This document shows, in pieces, positions 60,469 through 64,000 of a stretch of 64,000 bases of DNA (positions within the stretch are counted from its first letter, which is position 1; every line of letters begins with the position of its first letter). Source of the stretch: Eledone cirrhosa (lineage: Eukaryota). Where the stretch lies: the NCBI GenBank assembly GCA_964016885.1, contig OZ024742.1, positions 218,736,001 through 218,800,000 on the forward strand, written 5' to 3'. The notes under the pieces were generated by a model that made no database searches, was not told the DNA's origin, and was given only the letters and a program-made list of their open reading frames with translations. The position numbers and the translations under genes are program-made.

Positions 60469-61511
60469 CTATCATTCAAATTCTCAAGACTTTAGTTCCC
60501 TGTTAGAGCCAGTTTTGCAATGACCATAAGTAAAGCTCAGGATCAGAATTTCGAAGTTGTAGGATTGAATATAAATGAGAGAATCGATTTTTACCCATGG
60601 TCAGTTAGTTTGTTCACGAGTAGGAACATCTAGAAATCTTCATATACTATGCACGAACGGTAAAACGAAAAATATGGTGTATCTGGAAGATTTTTTACTG
60701 TTTTTGTTTTCACACACACACACACTCACACCACGGTCTCGCCTCAACCAGAAAACGCATCCGATACAGTCGTTTTCTCTTCTACTTGTCTTCTATTATA
60801 ATCAGTTTACCCTCGTGAAGCTGGGTACCTCAGCTAGTTCACTTATAAATGAGAGAAGCATCGACAGCCGCAGATTAATAAATAACGTTTGATCTCTTTA
60901 AAATACTTACCAAGTACAAAATAGATAGCTAATCCAAGAGATAACAGCATAATTATTAATAAAAATCCGACAAGAATTGGCCCCGGGATTTTCCGCCAAT
61001 TGAAGCGATAACGAGGTGCTAATTCAATATTATCGAGTGTTGTTTTAGAAGGTAAGTAGGGCTTTGATTCTTTTCTTAGTGAATTATTGAGAGATCTGGG
61101 GATTTTGTTACAGTTTGACTGACTAGAATAACCGTTCACATTCACATTGGCATATATATGTTTTTCTGAACGACGGGAACTACAATAGCTTCTCTCATTT
61201 AAAGACGATTTCTTTCTTTCAGTTATTCTATTGCTATCATCATCATTTTTATTGGTATTATTACTATCAGGGCTCAATAAAAACATCTCATTGAACGAGG
61301 ATTGGCTTTGAGTTGTTGGTTTGAAATGACTCCGAGACTGAAATGTTTGATGCTGCAAATGTTGTTTGTTGTTTCCTAATTGGTTAAGTGATAACTGAGT
61401 AATACGACTGTTATCTGTAATATTTGTCAATGTAGTTGTAGAACCGTGGCTTCTCGGATTGTTTCCATCACCGTTTGATGTACTTGTGTCATTGGACCAG
61501 CTGCAATCAAC
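42295..61511 (-). CDS. Uncharacterised type II transmembrane protein with SEA-like domain and Pro/Gln/Thr-rich tail (spliced, probably 5'-partial)
   Basis: Exons 61511-60911 (601 nt), 50196-50179 (18), 47412-47300 (113), 46468-46401 (68) and 43375-42295 (1081). All introns are GT-AG and phase-compatible; total 1881 nt = 627 codons. The TM segment [22 protein letters not shown] follows basic residues RYRFNWRK. Confidence 0.8.
43734..44188. repeat. Long inverted repeat (128-bp arms, 198-bp spacer)
   Basis: 43734-43861 vs 44060-44188, about 4 differences. Confidence 0.92.
44321..44395 (-). ncRNA. Type I hammerhead ribozyme motif with damaged stem I
   Basis: CUGAUGA-ACAGAU...AUCUGU-GAAA-UGUACA-UA-GGUC. 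Perfect 6-bp stem II base and palindromic stem III, but stem I pairs poorly. Confidence 0.55.
44690..45120 (+). mobile_element. RTE LINE 3' fragment with (GAA)n tail
   Basis: [14 protein letters not shown] motif; related copies at 36490-36690 (minus), 38350-38690 and 46085-46370. Confidence 0.7.
46401..46468 (-). CDS. Exon: SEA-like domain [22 protein letters not shown]
   Basis: tattttctgcag acceptor, gtaagt donor, phase 0-2. Confidence 0.8.
47300..47412 (-). CDS. Exon: start of SEA-like domain [16 protein letters not shown]...LSTGFCRE
   Basis: cttcctctcatttgcag acceptor, gag|gtaaac donor, open frame. Confidence 0.8.
47735..49408 (-). mobile_element. Tandem non-autonomous Helitrons with an embedded SINE
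   Basis: Reverse-strand CTAG plus hairpin ends at 47735 (ctagcagtggtacccggcgttgcacggg) and 48903; Helitron-type 5' ends near 48902 and 49408. Confidence 0.7.
48409..48598 (+). mobile_element. SINE family A
   Basis: Full-length copy. Confidence 0.9.
49900..50087 (+). mobile_element. SINE family A
   Basis: Near full-length copy flanked by the direct repeat attatttcatttcctttg (TSD-like). Confidence 0.9.
50179..50196 (-). CDS. 18-nt microexon (G)QQHTR
   Basis: tctttattaacag|GGCAGCAACATACGAGGG|gtaagt; phase 1-1, frame preserving. Confidence 0.65.
50531..50669. repeat. Perfect 61-bp inverted repeat with 17-nt spacer
   Basis: 50531-50591 is the exact reverse complement of 50609-50669. Confidence 0.95.
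50860..51938 (+). mobile_element. L1/Tx1-clade LINE 3' fragment
   Basis: [18 protein letters not shown]...[18 protein letters not shown] (zf-RVT-like CCHC); one frameshift near 51370; 3' UTR ends aataaaaagaaag; flanked by (TATC)n. Confidence 0.85.
54226..54415 (+). mobile_element. SINE family A
   Basis: Full-length copy sharing private variants with the 48409 copy. Confidence 0.9.
58090..58320 (+). mobile_element. Penelope-like element reverse transcriptase fragment
   Basis: [12 protein letters not shown]...[20 protein letters not shown]...HPFLDILI resembles the PLE RT pattern RY.DD...IKFTME...LPFLD. Confidence 0.7.
59036..59272 (+). mobile_element. SINE family A, long variant
   Basis: Same head and core with a longer 3' region; flanked by cattattaatattaataaa on both sides. 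Confidence 0.85.
60575..60838 (+). mobile_element. Helitron 3' remnant
   Basis: [12 protein letters not shown]...KTKNMVY helicase tail followed by a CTAG terminus. Confidence 0.6.
60911..61511 (-). CDS. Exon: Ser/Asn-rich cytoplasmic region plus transmembrane helix
   Basis: tttttcttatacatag acceptor, 200 open codons VDCSWSND...IYFVL, G|gtaagt donor (phase 1). Confidence 0.85.
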
Positions 61512-62499
61512 CTATGTATAAGAAAAATGAAAAGTGGTTAAATTGACTAATTGATAAAAAGTCACTCACAGAGAAACGCTATCCTATAGCTCAATGACGT
61601 GCAGTCTACTCTCTGCATTTCGACCGTTACAACAAAGGCTTCTGTTTATCAGAGTTGGCTGATCCCACGCCATAACCATAAAGGCTCAACAATCTCCTCT
61701 ACAGGAGTTGGCCCACAGCAATTTATGCAGAACATCAATGACCTCAATGACTCCTTCCTTGAAGGGCCTGGAAGCCGTGGGTACTACCAGACCTACTTAC
61801 AATATAAACATAGTACGTGTATTTTGTATATCTAATGATGTACGGTATGTTTACGAATAAACATTTGAAAGCCTTTAGCAGTGAATTTTGGAAGCTGATG
61901 ACGAAACGCCATCTAGCGAGTTCCAACAGAAGCAAGGGTGTGGGTGGAATTACCGATGATCGTTTCTGATTGATGGTTGTTATCAAAGCAATGTTCCCCC
62001 TTACCTCGCTTTCTGCTGAAATTCAATATAAGCGAAAACATATAGTTTTGACGCTTATGTAGATGGGCTGATTAGCCTCATTTGCATATTGGAAGCTGAT
62101 TGAGAGAGCTTATGTTGTTGTGGTGTATGCGTGTATATAATAATCCAAAAGATGGTATTTACAGTGGTGTGTAGACTGACCTTTGTTAAAGTGCCAATGC
62201 AAGAATTGCTGTCGGGCCCTTGTCGAGAAGGCCGGAGAGTTTGGCTTGGTGCTACACATATCTGGTTGCTGGAGAAATGCTGTAACGTGTGTCTTCGGAG
62301 AAACGAGTGCAGAATGTTTTTTAACAAAGTGTTAACTTGAATAAACTGCCAATGACCTTATTTGGATGTTTCTCCAGAATGGATGACGCCAAAATTTTGA
62401 AACAAAGGAAAATTGAACATCGTGTTGCCCAGGGGTCAGCATACGTGGTGACACTGACCTACTTTGCTGACATCATCACAAGAGTTCAAATTACTGCTG

Positions 62500-62795
62500 C
62501 ATACACACACACACGCGCGCACACACACATAAGTGTGTGTGTATATATAAATGTGTATGCATGTATATATACATATGCATATATATGCATGCGGGCACAC
62601 ACGCACGCGCGCACACACACATAAGTGTGTGTGTATATATAAATGTGTATGCATGTATATATACATATGCATATATATGCATGCGCGCACACACGCACGC
62701 GCGCACACACACATAAGTGTGTGTGTATATATAAATGTGTATGCATGTATATATACATATGCATATATATGCATGTGCATATACACACACACACA

Positions 62796-62858
<63 letters not shown>

Positions 62859-62950
62859 GTATATATATACATGTATGTATATGTATGTGTGATGTATGTG
62901 TGATGTATGTGTGTGTATGTGTGTGTGTGTGTGTGTGTGCATATATATGA
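62500..62950. repeat. Three copies of a ~92-bp CA/TA-rich unit plus (TA)n/(TG)n
   Basis: cgcgcgcacacacacataagtgtgtgtgtatatataaatgtgtatgcatg... repeated three times. Confidence 0.85.
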
Positions 62951-63278
62951 AAATAAGGAAAAAATCATAAAATATGATAAATTCATATGTTGAGGAAATG
63001 AATTAAGGGTGCAGTCTTTCTTGGAAGAAACTAGAACACCTCGTTTCTTTGAAGAAAGAATTCTCCAGGAATTCCACAGCCCACCTCTTTTTACAACACA
63101 TCAAATTACGTTATAAATGTTATTAATTACACTTTATTAATACTTCCGTCGCAAATCGTCATTAGTTTTCTCAGTCTTTTCTGGACATAATTACATAGTG
63201 AGGGCTAATTACATGTTTATTAAATATATGGATAAGATTTCGCACGCGTCTGTACCTATTTACACACGCACACACATA

Positions 63279-63343
<65 letters not shown>

Positions 63344-63595
63344 AACAAATGAGATATTTCAGGTGCTAATAAATTAAGTGACATCGTGTAAGTATTTTAA
63401 CCTATTTTATTATCCAGCCACATGGAAATCTTTTAGAGTTCATTTTAACGTCATCTTTTAAAGAAATGTCAAATCAACGAAGATATTGCCCGAGGTGGTA
63501 GTTTGTTTGAAATATTATTAGAGGAAGCACGTGATTAATCATAAAATTACGACCTTACATTCTTTCCCGTCAACAAAGACTTAAATTTTATTTCA

Positions 63596-64000
63596 TCTAT
63601 ATATCTAAAACAGAGAATGTCTGGCTGTCTATCTCCCTAAAACTCGAGAACCGCGCAACCGATTTTTTTCAAACTTTACTCATGTAATACTTATGGTTGT
63701 GTGAGTGTTTTGAGCAAAAAATTTCAAATTTTCAATGCTCTAGGGACCGCATTAGGCGAAAAACCGCATATTTTAGGCTTTAAAGGCTATTTTGAGGCAT
63801 AATGGAACAATAATCTAGGTGATTTCTTCAAAATTTGCATTACTTATGTCATTTAAAGTGTTTTGAGTAAAAAAGATTTTCTCATTTTTTGCCCCAGCGA
63901 CTGCATTAGGCGAAAAACCGATTTTTTGAAGCATTTTGGTTGCGTTAGGGCCTGAAACTCGTGAAATACTCAACCAATATTTTAAAAACTTTGCATATAC
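63596..64000 (+). mobile_element. Non-autonomous Helitron 5' part (related to the 47735-48902 family)
   Basis: tctatatatctaaaac start; shares ctagggaccgcattaggcga motifs in reverse orientation with 48660-48700. Confidence 0.6.

Noticed and set aside
61895-61915. CTGATGACGAAAC hammerhead candidate
   Set aside because: No room for stem II and no stem I
62005-62015. Possible upstream microexon of the minus-strand gene (cag...GAG|gtaagg)
   Set aside because: Only 8-11 nt, and extending it upstream meets a stop in the required frame; no independent support

Overview
Repeat-rich animal genomic DNA. A cephalopod such as Octopus is inferred from the SINE families and the (TA)n/(CAT)n load, but this is not proven. 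Two convergent spliced genes are present. (1) IFT81 on the + strand: 13 GT-AG coding exons from 2707 to 37858 that splice in frame (1905 nt); the first coding exon lies upstream of the window. (2) An uncharacterised type II membrane protein on the - strand: a TM helix, an 18-nt microexon, a SEA-like domain and a Pro/Gln/Thr-rich tail (exons 61511 to 42295), followed by a decayed mucin-like extension. Introns hold tRNA-derived SINEs, RTE, Tx1/L1, CRE-like and Penelope fragments, Helitrons, a DD37D-like mariner, MITEs and minisatellites. Main discovery: several sequence-unrelated minimal type I hammerhead ribozyme motifs (17944, 24308, 30769, 44321, plus half or decayed copies). They sit in short non-coding elements next to (TA)n tracts, with direct or fold-back terminal repeats, and two fold-back junctions fall at the ribozyme itself. 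This suggests a Penelope-like/retrozyme-like non-autonomous system. A young 5'-inverted RTE LINE with an 11-bp TSD is also present. All calls were made by eye; no database searches were run.
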